Assembly (NCBI GenBank): GCA_963693365.1 | Contig: CAVNZM010000010.1 | Coordinates: 1,302,001 to 1,366,000 of the forward strand | DNA: 64,000 nt | Source of the DNA: Amoebidium appalachense | Taxonomy: Eukaryota > Protista > Ichthyosporea | Reading direction: 5' to 3' | Shown here: positions 1 through 45,215 of the stretch, piece by piece | Layout of the letters: every line of letters begins with the position of its first letter | Numbering within the stretch: position 1 is the first letter of the stretch | Position numbers and translations under genes: made by a program | Notes under the pieces: generated by a model | What the model was told of the DNA's origin: nothing | What the model saw: only the letters and a program-made list of their open reading frames with translations | The model's database searches: none

Positions 1-339
1 ACAGAATTGGCTGTAATTAGTAGCACACTTTAGTATGTCTTCGTTTTTTGCATATCTCTCTCGGGTTGCCCATAGTAAACGCGCACTTCATGTGTGGTAT
101 TTTTGTGGACCCCCCCCCCCCCCCTCCCTCCCCCCTCCCCCCCCCCCCCCCCCCAACCTAACACACACACCCTGTTCAATTCCCACTACAACCCCCCCCC
201 CCCCCCCTCTGCGGTCTCCTCTCACTCCCTTTCCCCCCCGTCCCTCCCCCCACCTCCTCAAACACACAAGAACACGTACACATACACACGCCTCTACGCG
301 CACGCTTCTGCACATACACACACACACGTATATCTGTAG

Positions 340-373
340 TACACACACGCACACACGCACACGCACGCACACG

Positions 374-419
<46 letters not shown>

Positions 420-429
420 CGCGCGCGCG

Positions 430-488
<59 letters not shown>

Positions 489-764
489 ACGCACACGCAC
501 ACGCACACGCACACGCACACGCACACGCACACGCACACGCACACGCACACGCACACGCACACGCACACGCACACGCACACGCACACGCACACGCACACGC
601 ACACGCACACGCACACGCACACACACACGTACACGTACACACACACACACACGTACACGTACACCCGTACACGCACGTACACACACACACACACACGTAC
701 ACGTACACGTACACGTATACGTACACGCACGTACACGTATACGTACACACACGTACACGTACAG
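340..764. repeat. Compound microsatellite (CA)n/(CG)n/(CACACG)n/(CACGTA)n ending at a splice acceptor
   Basis: Directly visible in the sequence. Confidence 0.95.
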
Positions 765-13512
<12,748 letters not shown>

Positions 13513-13944
13513 TGGATTGTCTTTGAAACCGTGCAACGTCGGGATACCCAAGAAGGAGCCCTATTTCGCCGTAAAGTAATCATGAATGAATGACATTGTC
13601 TTCCCTTCGATCTCACAAAATATAGACCGTGTAAACCAACCCTCTCTTCTATTTTTTTGGTTTTTTTGTGAGTCTTTTTGTTGCTATCCTTGCTTGGCGG
13701 CACAAGAGATATAGAGCTCCGTTGGAAAGATGAGATTGTTGGTGCTAGACTGTGTCTTGTTTTCATTTTTACGTTCTCTTTTGTATTGTTCGCGTCACGA
13801 CATCAAGGGGGATTGAGGGGTTTTGATTTGAGGGTGGGTGGATTGGGTATGGTGGCGGTTGCGGTGGGCATAGGTGTGTATGCTTGATTTTTTTTATCCC
13901 TCTCCCCCCCCCCCCTCCCCCCCCCCCCTTTTTTTTTTTCGGGG

Positions 13945-13983
<39 letters not shown>

Positions 13984-14720
13984 AAATGTTCCTACCTTTT
14001 TAGTCGTTTTATAAAAACAAATCATGACAGGACAGGATCGGGTAATTTTGAGTTGAAATCCCGAAATAGTGCACTTGTGTATAGTCCGATATCGAATGTT
14101 TATGTGGATAGAGAATGTACGTGGTAATACGACTGGGGAAATGTGGAGGAGGCAGTTCAGACTTTAAGCTGATAATAAAATATGATGATATTAAACGAAC
14201 CTTTCTTTATTGCCGTTCATAACGGGTGCTTCGTGATGCCTACTAACATATAAACTCAACAATCATATAAGCTACTACAGTGATGTTTTCAAAAATAAAC
14301 TGAATTAGAGAAACTTTGCCATAGTGTCAGGAGTGAAACGAAAACATAATATGTGAATGGTTCTGAAATATGTGTGTCAGTGTATGTGTGGACGTCACGT
14401 GTGCATGTGTGTGTGGGTGGGTGGGTGAGTGGGTGGCCATGGGTGGGTGCGTGCGTGCGTGAGCGGACGGGCATGTGCACGTGGGCGTAGGTACGTGTGT
14501 GTGCACACACGCGTTTGTCTGTGCGTGTGTGTGTGCGCGCCTGTTTACGCGTTTTGGGCTTTGGTCATGCCCAGTTAGTTACCATCGATAAAAAAATGAT
14601 CAGGCCCGACCGAATTTCCTGTGTATGTATGCACTTACATACTACTTCTGACAACTTCGAAACTCAGTTCGTCGATCTTATAAATCTCCTGCCCTCGCGA
14701 TCGAGCTCCCCGTTTCTCAG

Positions 14721-14772
<52 letters not shown>

Positions 14773-15046
14773 ACATGTACACAGACACACACGTGCACAT
14801 GTACGCACACACACGCTCTTTCCGAGTCCCTCTCCCCCTCCCTCCCTCCCTCCCTCCCTCCCTCGGGGACCCTCTCCCTCTTATGCTCCCATGGAAACTT
14901 CGTGAGGCTCAGCACGTCATTTCTGACGGGTGCATGTATGTTTGAGTCTTTGTTTCCGACGACTTACCAATCAGATTCGAAAGAAACACTACCTAAATGG
15001 TCGACGTACATATACTATACTATAGTCACGTATACTGCAATGATCC

Positions 15047-15085
<39 letters not shown>

Positions 15086-15231
15086 TACATACACAGACTC
15101 GTACTTCTGTCCTCGACTAGCTAGCTGCCTCCTTGAGATCTTTGCTTATATGAAGACTTATAAGGCCACGTGCACGCCCCTATTTCCCCCAAAAAAGATC
15201 CATTCAAGGTGTTGTCATGACTTCACCACCT

Positions 15232-15271
<40 letters not shown>

Positions 15272-15346
15272 GTACACACATACACACACAGCTTGTCAAA
15301 GAGTCACTGCCACAACGGCATTCATCTACGGTACACTTAAACGTTC

Positions 15347-15655
15347 AAACAAATGGACTTTGACTATGATGCCTTTTTTTTTTTTTTTTTTTAACTGCAG
15401 CTGCGCATGCATGTGTGCTGAGAGTCTGCCAAACCCTCCCATCTCCCATCCTTTGTCGTTACTCGCGCGTAACCAAATACTTTCCGCATTCCCAAATGGG
15501 AGCTGGCATGAACGTTTATGGTTCCACGCGAGGAACGACAAAGGATGGGAGATAGGAGGGTTGGCAGACTCTGAGCACACATGCATATGCGCAGCTGCAG
15601 TAAAAAAAAAAAAAAAAAAAAAGGCATCATATGCATAGTCAAAGTCCATTTGTTT
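15347..15655. mobile_element. Long inverted repeat (~125-bp arms), MITE-like or hairpin locus
   Basis: AAACAAATGGACTTTGACTATG...poly-T...CCCATCCTTTGTCGTT is mirrored by AACGACAAAGGATGGGA...poly-A...CATAGTCAAAGTCCATTTGTTT. Confidence 0.75.
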
Positions 15656-15740
15656 CGGCTGTGGAACCCCCAGTCGAGCTCATATTTACTCTTCCCCAAT
15701 CACACAATTGAGTGCCATGAGCTTATTTTTCGACCAGATG

Positions 15741-15853
15741 AAATAATTCGACATTAATTCATCAGCACTACCTGATAAAGTTTACAAAAATTTAAATAAT
15801 TCGACATTATTTCATCAGCATCAGCATCACCTGATAAAGTTTACAAAACTTTA
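15741..15853. repeat. Two-copy ~55-bp tandem duplication
   Basis: AAATAATTCGACATTA...CATCAGCA...CCTGATAAAGTTTACAAAA occurs twice. Confidence 0.8.
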
Positions 15854-16008
15854 TCATTTTTATGGTTATTGTCATCATTTATAACCGGTCTTGCACACGG
15901 TACGGGTGCAAGCCTTACATGTCCTCACACACCATCAGATATCTTTAGGCATTCACAGTTTAGATATACGTAATAGAGGGAACGGGGGTGGATCCCACAA
16001 CGGGGGCA

Positions 16009-16716
16009 CTAACGTGGGGCAACAACCGAGCCTCCAACAAGAGGAGAGACAACAGGAGAAACAACTGGGGAAGAGCTAGCAGGCTTAACGGTTGGGGAAG
16101 GGGTTGATTCCACACGGGGGGATGCAACAGGGGCGCCGGTGGTGGTGGTGGCTGGGCGGGTGGTGGGGGTCAAAGCCGTAAGTTGGGCCTGAAGAACCTT
16201 GATCTGGGTCATGAGGCCATTGTAGTTGGTGACGGCAATGTTCAATTTTCCGACAATGGCGATGTGGTTGACTTGGAGATCGGTAACGTTCTTTGTGAGG
16301 GGGGCGAGGGAGGCCTGTGCATTCTTCTGGAAGGTTTGGAAGGCCGCAGAACGATTCTGCTGCTGCTGCCCCCCCCTGTAAATTTCGATGACAATGTGTC
16401 AGTAAAAGTGCATGGTGGAGGGGGGTTGGGGTGGGGTGGGGGTGGATAGGTGCGTATGGTGGTGGGGGGGGGGGGGGGGGGGGGGAGGGGGGGGGGGGGG
16501 AGGAGAAGTGTGTGCGATGGACAGGAAGAGAGATCTACAGGTAGAGCAAGGAACTGGTGGAATTATGGGGTAATTAGTACTGTGCGTGTGTGTGTGTGGG
16601 GGGGGGGGGTGGGTGGGTGGGTGTGTGTGTGCCAGCACATGCATGCTTGTGCGGCCATGTCCGTGTGTCTGTTTGTGTGTTTGTGTTGTTGTTGTTTTTT
16701 TTGTTGTTTTTTTTGT

Positions 16717-16782
<66 letters not shown>

Positions 16783-18099
16783 AGGCATACTGTACAGCCA
16801 GAGCCTGACGCTTAGCGTTGAGTGCCTCGATCTGCTTTGTGAGATCGGCAATGGCGGCATTTGTGGTGTTGAAGATGGTGTTCATGTCGGCCTGCATCAC
16901 CTTGTAGGCATCCTCGATCTGAAAGAGGGTTGGGGGGCGGGGAGGGAGGGGGAGGGGGCTCGATGAGTTTTACACACTCCCACTTGCCCTTTCCTTAAAG
17001 TTTACCAACTCCAATCTCCCAATTCCGCCTTCTCCCCCCCCCCCCCCCTCTCCCCCCCTTTCCCTCCCCCCTCTCCCCTAGAGTTTCCGCTCGTGACCCA
17101 ATGCCATCTTCCTCTGTATAATGCTTCAGAACTTGTGTGCAATTAGGGCAACGAAGATGCAGATGTCGTTATGATAGTTGGGTGGCATGTATATCGTGGG
17201 TGGCATGTATATCGCAGGTTTGGTTGTCTGGGTGAATGTAGAGGAAAGTGGCAGGCTTGAAAACAAGCATTCCTGCGGCGGCGGGGGGGGGGGGGGGGGG
17301 GGGGGGGGAGAAACTACACACAAAGAAGGCCCCTTATATCCCAAAAGAAAGACACATGCATCGGAGAAAACACAGATTGACTGTAATTGCGTACCTGCTT
17401 GTTCACAGTCGTTGCCGCGTTCCTCTGCTTAGCAACCGCATCAAACAGGGTCGCGTTAACTGCCTGCTGAGTGGCCATCAGCGCATCGATGTCTGGTTTC
17501 ATGGCTGAAGCCTGCGTGTTAATAGCCTGAATTTGGTTCTGAAGTTGGACAATGAAGGGGTTAGTGGCGGCGCTAGAGGTGCTGGTGGTAGTGGTGGTGG
17601 TTGGTGGCGGGGCGGCTCCAAGAACAGGGGCGGGTTGAGGGGCGCTTCCCAGAAGAGGGGCGCTCCCCAGAAGAGGTGCCTGTGAATTTGCGCAGAGTTA
17701 GTTCCCATTTTCAGTGACCGTGAGAGAGCATTTTAGAGCAATCGTGACTTGTAGTTATCACATGCAAAAGTATCGTCACGACAAATAGTGTTCGGTTACA
17801 TATCCCTAGGCTAGACAAGAAAAGGGAGGGAGTGAGGCCTGTGTAAAAGCTACAGTAGCGTGTCAAACGGATTATAGGTAGACAACCGAGCCCACAGCCT
17901 CCCTATTTAATGTTGAACGAAACAATTTTTGTGTGTAGACAGCAATGTATAACGGTTCACACCACTGTGATCGAAAGGGAAATGGTATGAACACTCTAAT
18001 AATGAGGAGTATTTAAATATATGGGCTCACCGTGAGCTGCGCGGAGGCAGATGCGGCCAAGCCAGCCATGGCGAACGTGACGAACGAGACTCCAACCAT
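16009..18099 (-). CDS. Uncharacterised secreted protein (~282 aa): signal peptide, Pro/Thr/Ser-rich ends, central Ala/Gln/Asn coiled coil
   Basis: Exons 18099-18031 (MVGVSFVTFAMAGLAASASAQLT), 17679-17395, 16918-16791 and 16375-16009 (TAG). All are GT-AG and phase-consistent. Codon usage is C-ending biased, and TATA and CCAAT elements lie upstream. Confidence 0.85.
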
Positions 18100-18234
18100 T
18101 TTCGTAGTGGCAAAACAGGTAGTTTTTTCAGTTATTTTTTGAAGGGTGGCAGGAAGGATTATTCGTTCAGTCGGATGACACTAGCCGGGTGGGTTGCTCG
18201 GCAGCGACTGAGAAGAATCGAGGATGGGGGTTGC

Positions 18235-18294
18235 TTATAAACAAGTGCGGGGGCTGAGGAATGCAGGATATTCATTATAAGACCATCTGATTGG
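18235..18294 (-). promoter_or_regulatory. Candidate core promoter of the secreted-protein gene
   Basis: TTTATAAG on the minus strand at ~18235-18242, ~140 nt upstream of the ATG. CCAAT (ATTGG on +) at ~18290. Confidence 0.4.
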
Positions 18295-19331
18295 CTTTCG
18301 CTAATTGTTCTGAAATGCTGTGCATTCCGGAATATAGCCACCGGAATCACTTTGAATCCTTCGCGTTTTGACGCGTTTACGTTATTAAAAATAAAGGCTA
18401 AACAAAGGGATTTAATGGATTGTAAGCCTAATAGTAGCCAAAATAAAACTGGTATACACATTCGCATGTTTTCCTTTTTGTCATTTGTTTTGTGGTACAG
18501 CCCGAAATTGCACGAGCCAACCTATGCAGGATTTTTATCCGAGGAATATTTTGAACCCGCTTGATTGGTGGCATATCACACAGCTTTATAGCCTGTATTA
18601 TATTTAGCTTTGAGCCTCACTGAGTCCGATGTATGCACATGTCACTGGATGCAGATATTGGGTTAGCACGAACTCAGGGTGTTAGAAGTAATAGATAAAA
18701 TCAAAAATAAAAATCTTATAAATAACTTTTTATGCCATATAAAAGTAAATAAATGCGATTCCATACATTCTCTGTGCCCCTAAGCTATTTATCTTAGCGC
18801 TGAGCTATCCTACATCGAATAGATCTGAGTCGGCCCAGATTCATGCATATGGCGTTCCAAGGTGATCAATTTTTTCTCTAGATCTGCTTCCTTTCCAAAA
18901 TTAACAACCTATCTCCGCCAAAACACTCTATCAATACATCATCCCTCAATATTCTTTTCTTTTACCCTATCATTTTCTTGGTGTTGATACCTGCCAGTTG
19001 GTGATGCCGCGTCTGCGGCCGGCGAGAAAAAAATAGCTAGAACACTGAATCGTGTTCGAGATGGCATGAAATTGAATAAGCCCAGCCCGGCCCCGCACGT
19101 TCCCGACTGTCGGAATTTCAAAGGTAAGCTATAGAGCCTTCAGTCTTGGCATCCCCGAGTTGATAAAACGGTATGCATATATGAGCCATGATAATATATT
19201 CTCTTCGGAGGCTTGTAATTTATTAATACTGTGTATGACTAGGTTACCAATGGTCACTATGTATTCTTCTTTTTCATTCAGGCTTTTCAAGTTTTTTGTC
19301 CCCCCCCCCCCCCCCCCCCCCCCCCCTCTCC

Positions 19332-19418
<87 letters not shown>

Positions 19419-19423
19419 ACAGG

Positions 19424-20010
19424 CCCAACCACATCAGCTGAGTCAACTTGCTCCGAGCAGAATTATTCTGCACAAAGCAGAATTATTCTGCACAAAGCAG
19501 AATTATTCTGCAAAAAGCAGAATTATTCTGCAAAAGCAAAATTATTTTGCAAAAAGCAAAATCATTCTGCAAAAAGCAGAATCATTCTCTAAATGCAGAA
19601 TTATTCTGCAAAAGCAGAATCAACCTGCTAAAAACAGAATCTGATTCACTCTGCAAACAGCAGAATCAATCTGCTAAAAGCAGAATCAATCCGCTGAAAG
19701 CAGAATTATTCTCCTAAAAGCAGAATTATTCTGCTGTTCAAAGCAGAATGATTCTGCTTTTTGCGAAATAATTCTGCTAAAAGCAGAGTGATTCTGCTAA
19801 AAGCAGAGTGATTCTGCTAAACTTTGCAGAATGATTCTGCTTTTGCGGAATAATCCTGCTAAAAACAGAATGATTCTGCTTTTGCAGCAGAATAATTCTG
19901 CTTTTGCAGAACGATTCTGCTTTTTGCAAAATAATTCTGCTAAAAGCAGAGTGATTTTGCTATTGCAGAATAACGGCTTTTTGCAAGTTGACTCTGCCGA
20001 TGCGGTTGGG
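19424..20010. mobile_element. TIR-bounded element filled with ~20-bp palindromic GCAGAATNATTCTGC units
   Basis: TIRs CCCAACCACATCAGCTGAGTCAACTTGC and GCAAGTTGACTCTGCCGATGCGGTTGGG enclose roughly 25 degenerate units. Confidence 0.75.
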
Positions 20011-20018
20011 TCCCCCCC

Positions 20019-20930
<912 letters not shown>

Positions 20931-20934
20931 TCTC

Positions 20935-21215
20935 GGGCCCACTGTCAGCAGAATCCATGTTGTGCAAGCTGCTGATATTATTCTGCCAAAAGCAAATTTT
21001 TTGTTCTGTGGGTTCTATTATTCTCTCATTCAACAGATTTATGATTTAAAATGTTGATTTGGTCAAATCAGCAAAGGCAGAGCAATCACGCAAAGCAGAA
21101 CTTGTATGCTAAAAGCAAAATTATTCTTCAGAATCTGCTTCGAGCAGAATGTTATCTGTAAAAAAACCGAATAATTCTGCTTTTCGGCACATTCTGCCGC
21201 ATGAGCTGATGTGGT

Positions 21216-21220
<5 letters not shown>
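20935..21220. mobile_element. Decayed relative of the 19424-20010 element
   Basis: Contains GCAGAA/TTCTGC units and ends in GCTGATGTGGTTG, which is complementary to CAACCACATCAGC in the left TIR of the first copy. Confidence 0.55.
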
Positions 21221-21254
<34 letters not shown>

Positions 21255-21312
21255 TGGGCCACCTCCCCCCCTCCCCCCCCCCCCTCTCTCTCCCCCTTCC
21301 CCGTCCTCCCCA

Positions 21313-21368
<56 letters not shown>

Positions 21369-22244
21369 TGTTCGTAGGGGTATTACGGGAAGCAGAATGC
21401 ACAGAGGTGTCATGTAAACACGACAAACACAATAAAGAGATGGCAATAGGATTTGTTCACGACACGAGAAAGTTTGAAACAACAACTGACGATTATTGTA
21501 CTCTCGGGCCTTTTTGCTCCGGCCCATTCATCATCTCATTTCGCCTAAAAGAAGGGAACCAATCGGGTTCCTTCAACGACAGGGCAAATACATATAGTTA
21601 ACGAGAAAACACTTTCTAAACTTCCGACACATTAGAAGCTTAGAAACTCTTCTTAAATAATTTTAAGTAACTCGACCAACTTGTCACTATTAATTCACGT
21701 GTGACATTCGTCTCTATAACGAAACTCATCTAAATACATTATTTCCTATAGCTAATAGTCGACACTCTCAGATTGAAAAGACAGATCATGGGAAAAGGAT
21801 TCAAACAGATCTAATGTGTCCAATCAAAACACGTCTATAACTCACTCGCGACTGTATAGGTGAGGCCTCCTATTTCGGCAGACCTAAACACAGAGACAGC
21901 AAAGCTAGCTATCCAATCACTTAACACACAGTAAAACAGAGGAGCGTAAACACAAGTAAAATACAACACGTCCTGACAGGCAAGCCCGGGGAGCCATGTG
22001 TGCACAGATCTACAGATATCTGTGCACACGGAAACAAGGGGGAGAGAGAGTCATATGGGGGGGGGGGGGGGGGGGGAGAGGGGGGAGGGGGGTGGGGGGG
22101 GGGTGGAGGGGGGGAGAGAGAAAAAAGGGAGAGAGCACAAAGGAGAAATCCAGACACGAATACAAACAAAGTTAAGACACATACACATACTTCAAGCCTC
22201 TTGCTGACCTACGTCGATACGTATTCCCACTCACTCACTCATAG

Positions 22245-22294
<50 letters not shown>

Positions 22295-22441
22295 GCTCGC
22301 TCACAGAGCCCCCCCCCCCCCCCTGTCTCTCCCTGTCTCTCCCTCTCCCCCCTCACCCCCCCCTCCCCCCTCCCCCCCAATCTCAACCTCTCTCTTCTTC
22401 TCCGGATCCATTATCTCCTCTCTCTCTCTCTCTCTGTCTCT

Positions 22442-22555
<114 letters not shown>

Positions 22556-22576
22556 CTCTCTCTCTCTCCTTTTTTT

Positions 22577-22615
<39 letters not shown>

Positions 22616-23052
22616 AAAGAAGGGGGCCGGAGGGGGGGGGGGGGGGGGGGGGTGGAGGGGAGTGTTGGAGGGAGGCGACGGTGGTGGTGATGGTGATCGA
22701 GGGGGAGGGGGGGGGGGGGGGGGAGAAGGGGCATGCAGAAATTCACGGTATTCACTGTGCCTAACTAGCTAGACAATCATTTACACACCGACGTGCACAT
22801 ACAGCCTGCACCCATGGGACGTACACAGACACACACACATGTACATGTGAACGTACAGATACACACACAACTAGTGTTCAGGTCGCATGCCATAACGAGA
22901 TACATGCACTCACACACACACACACAGCCACACACACTGGACACACTTAATATTAGGCACTAGGCTACATACACGTCTCAGGCCGACACACAGACGCACA
23001 CATGCACACTCACTCACCGTGACGGTTCCCCACCCCTCCCCCTCCCCTGCAT

Positions 23053-23095
<43 letters not shown>

Positions 23096-23366
23096 GTCAG
23101 CATTGATGGCCTGCAAACACAACGAACTTCGGGTAGTGAACTGTGTTGCTTAGACCCCTTCCTCGAGTCCCCCCCCCCCCCCCCCCCCTCCCCCCCCCCT
23201 TCCCCCCTCGAGATCAACACCGTGAGTGATACAGCCGGATCGTTCTGCCACGTCTGTTTGACTGGCTCAGTCTAGAAAGTAGGTATAGGTCTTTAAAGGC
23301 AGGTACCCACCACTGAAGACAGCCGTGCTGACTAAGATACCTTAAAGTCCCTAATACATTAAACCG

Positions 23367-23635
23367 CATGGAACTGCGGCGATCAGTAAGTCCGGGCCAA
23401 ACTCACATGACTCATTAAAACAGGGTTACATTGCATGAGCAAAAAGGTACAACAATTATACGCTAGAGCTATAATCTTTGCATGACAATATGTATTTAGT
23501 GTTTTCTTTAAACGTTCACGGACAGTACAGGAAAGTTACAACTCAATTGGTTCAGCGTCAACGACCCAAATTTTTGAACCAACTGCGCCTGTGCAAATCT
23601 GGTACGTTTGTTACTGTGACCGCCGCAATTCCATG
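23367..23635. mobile_element. Degenerate MITE-like inverted repeat
   Basis: CATGGAACTGCGGCGATCAGTAA is roughly complementary to TTACTGTGACCGCCGCAATTCCATG. Confidence 0.4.
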
Positions 23636-23708
23636 GCTTCATCCTTGTTAAAAAGGCTCTAAATCAAATCAAACTGTTTGCGTAGCTGCCACGCTCTGTG
23701 CAGTGATG

Positions 23709-23747
<39 letters not shown>

Positions 23748-23764
23748 GACAGACAGACAGACAC

Positions 23765-23799
<35 letters not shown>

Positions 23800-24427
23800 C
23801 AGACACACGTAAACTTTGGCTTAGTACTACACCGCAATGCCATCGGCTATTGCAAAATGGCAGACACTTACATACACGGTGTCACAAAGAAAAACTCCGA
23901 AGTGTGGCAATTCGATGACACACCATCCAAATAAGGAACTTGCTTTATATAGTAGTCGAGTGCCTCCAAAAAAAAAAAGGGACTTCTTTATATGGCGATG
24001 ACGCACACCGTCCTAAAAAAACAGATTGCATCATCTAGAGGCTAAGCCAATCATATACTCGTATACCAACATGTCGTGGAACTGACACTCATACTACATC
24101 AGCAAATAAAAAAGGAAGGGCCAAAAAGATTATTTGATGGATACTCCTACTCCTACTACTATTTGGTGGTGGTGGTGGTGGTGGGGGGGCTAACTTAGTA
24201 ACCGTGCGCTACAAATTAGGAAAGCACGAACCCTCGCGCTAGTTACACTATCACAGACCCAGATGCTGCACATTACCGGATCGCTAAGAAAGCGATTGCC
24301 CTTATAGTCGCATAGTTCTACATTATAAAAACAATAAGACATGTAGCAAAGTACTTGAGTGTGGGGTAAATATGGTGAGTGTGCTCGCTCACAGACGTGT
24401 GTGTATTCGAGCTGTGTGTCTGCACAC

Positions 24428-24475
<48 letters not shown>

Positions 24476-24617
24476 CACGTGTGTGTGTTTAAACACGTGC
24501 AACTGTATATGCACATGGGCGAATTGGTACATGCCCACCAGGGACAAGATTTCTAGGACGTTTGCACACATCACAGCAGCAAAATCCAAAAATCGGAAGG
24601 AAAATTACAGAAATTAA

Positions 24618-32907
<8,290 letters not shown>

Positions 32908-33724
32908 TTTTCCGAGGATGTTTTTCTGAAATGCTACAATATGTTTGCTTCAAACATGTAACGGAATATTTGCTGTGATTTTCGGGTGATAAGGATTTAT
33001 AAGCGATTTTCGTTACAACAATCAAGAAAAAAGAGTTACCTAAAAGCACATGCCGTTTATAATCATCTTTCTTGGCTTAGAGATCACTTATATCCCCTAA
33101 AAGGTAAAGGCTCAAATGTCTTAATAAGTGCTTTGATTTAGAGCAACGAAATCCGTTTAGCGAGCCCTGGAAACGAAAAAGAACTTGTTCTGCGTGGTGT
33201 AATCACTATTGTGGTCCCTTTTTTTCATTACTTTCTAAAGTCCTAAAAGCGCAAGAAACACCCTCCCTGAAGGGAGGAGGTATCTGTATCACACTGTGCT
33301 CCAACAAAACCGAAAAAAACGGAGTGAGAAAAAACAGAGGGAAAACTGTTTGTGGCGTGCCCAGGGAGCAAATTCCTCGCGATGCAGTTTAAGCCAATCA
33401 TCTAGAAAAATGCTTTATGTTTAGCTTAATTTGGAAGTGAGCCGGATTCTCCATTTTTGGTAATATGCTTATCCAATGGAAAACAGCCCAAAGCACGTGC
33501 ATTCATGCCATTGTGCACGAATATTGCACTTGTTTGTACGTTCGGATCGCCTACAACCATGCAACAAGTACACCTACATGCACGATCAACCCGGCGGCGC
33601 GCACTCCCCACACCAAGCGCAGGCTGTATCCCTTCCCTCTCCCCTACCCCCCCCCCCCCTCCCCCCCCCCCCCCCCCCCCCCCCTCCTCGCGCACCTCCG
33701 TCTCTCGAGCTCTCTCTTCTCTCC

Positions 33725-33774
<50 letters not shown>

Positions 33775-33988
33775 AGCCTCCAAACCACCACCAGCACTGT
33801 GAGCCCCGTCATCCAGAATGTCCGATATTTTCACCCCGTCTTCCTCTTTGTTTGGCCTGCGCAGCTGTCGGCATACTGAAGGTCACGGCGGCGTTGTTTT
33901 TCCTTCTTTTGTGTTTTTCCCCCGCGCGCTGTCAGCGCACGCTCGCAGCCATGATATGTGACTGTCACATGGTGTGTGTGTGTGTGTG

Positions 33989-34081
<93 letters not shown>

Positions 34082-34512
34082 GGTAGGGGGAAGGGGGGAG
34101 GGGGGGGGAGGCATTGGGAGACGGTGGGGGGGAGGAGGGGAGGAGGGGAGAACACATCTCAGGCCTCGGAAGGGCAATTATACATGTGGTCACCTCATAG
34201 ATCAGCGAATGGGATACGTCACTCAGTGTGAGGCACAGTACATACATCATATTGAGGCCCTGGGTTTCGTTTATTAGGCAAATCTAAAAAGAAATCTATG
34301 GGGTTTGGGGTTTACGCTGTTTACTCGAGGCAAAGAGAGACCAGTCTCAGGTATGGGGGGGGTTTTGCTCGGAATATCCCCTCAGCGGTATATCATGATC
34401 ACGTACATAGATGTCGGGTGATGACTATATATCAGGGTTTACTTTCTCTACGAGACACCAGGACTAAAAAAAACCAATTAGTTGGGGTTCCCCGTTTTGT
34501 TTTTTTTTGTTT

Positions 34513-34563
<51 letters not shown>

Positions 34564-34596
34564 GGGGGCTCCCCTGGGACACTCGGTATCAGCTGG

Positions 34597-34677
<81 letters not shown>

Positions 34678-34699
34678 CGCTATAATTTTGTAGTGATGT

Positions 34700-35380
34700 G
34701 TTTCTCAAGCCAATCAATACATCTAATATACAGGTCGTAGTTACGCATGTTTAGTATAAAATCAAGGATGTTGTAATTTACAGGTAGGCTATCTTTCTGG
34801 GTGTCTGTTGTGAATGTGACGTGTGTGTGTTGCGGTATTATGTGGTCTATCAAACTACATTTGGCGATACATGACCGTTTAAACTGGTGTGTGTGTGTGT
34901 TGTTTGGGCATGCAAACGATGCCACCTTGTACTTATTAGATCTCCACTGTATAGCACGTGTACAGTAAAAGCGTGGTAATTGATCAATGATAATACCATC
35001 AGCTAGAGAAAGACCAGTTCTACAGGAAGGTAATATGTATTTAGGTGTTATACATTTGCGAGTGCCATATTTGGCAATATGGTTGAGGCGGTCATTATAT
35101 ATAAAACGAGACATAAGGCTTAGTTTTTCAAGGTGTCTGCTTTCATCGGGTCTAGTGTCGTGTGGTATTTTTTTTCATTTGCTATATTGCCAGGGGAGAA
35201 GGGGAGAGAGAGGGAAGGAAAGAGGGGAGAGGTGAGGAGGGGACAGGTCTGATAGAGAAGAGAGGGTGGGAGGGCGAATACTTCTTTAAGCGGCTTATGT
35301 GCTGGAATTGGCACGGTATTTTCCACACAGAGGTGTGCGTTAACCCCCCGTGGCGAAACCCCATTCGTTTGTGATTGCAC
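34700..35380 (-). mobile_element. Possible highly decayed non-LTR retrotransposon (L1/Tx1-like ORF2) fragment
   Basis: Peptides GVSPRG-VNAHL, KIPCQFQH and RFIYND...ILPSCRTGLSLAD occur in the order of the post-RT motifs LSLRGR...N, KLWY and FIW...LPKxxGGLGLxD. The match is frameshifted and weak. Confidence 0.25.
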
Positions 35381-35386
35381 GGGAAA

Positions 35387-35420
<34 letters not shown>

Positions 35421-35530
35421 CCCCCCCCCCGCGCCGCTGTTCAAGTCAGCAAAACATCCCCGCCCAACAATATATTTAGCACTTTCCACAAAGTCACGAT
35501 ACTTCAAATTTCAGTGTTCATCTCGGCTAT

Positions 35531-44867
<9,337 letters not shown>

Positions 44868-45215
44868 GTTTTAAAGTTTTATAGAAGTAGTTCTAATCTG
44901 ATGTTTGTAAACGTAAGATTGTCTGAAGCTCGAGCTCAACAGCCTAGAATTGCAATTGGAAAAAGAGACGGTTCAACCTCTGTCTTCTCTCTGGCCGGTT
45001 TCTATCTAATCGAAATTTCAATGGCATTTGATCTTTGTGACACGGCCTAACTTGCCCAAACTACAGTAGATAGCCACCCTACAAACACTATAATGCCATG
45101 TTGTTTACATGTACTCGCAGACCCCAAACGTTCCAAGTGAGAAGAGAGTCTCTGCCAAGGCCTCCTCAGTGATCTCGGAGGCCTCTCTCGGGAGTCGGGA
45201 CTCGGGAGGGCAAGT

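Noticed and set aside
19447-19975. Regular palindromic repeats resembling a CRISPR array
   Set aside because: There are no unique spacers of 25-45 nt and no cas genes, the context is eukaryotic, and the array is bounded by TIRs.
19448-19980. ORFs with repeated KAELFC/QNYSA peptides
   Set aside because: They are by-products of the 20-bp repeat and are open in several frames on both strands.
33770-33960. GC-balanced island giving LRRPNKEEDGVKISDILDDG on the minus strand
   Set aside because: I found no consistent partner exons, start codon or recognisable motif.
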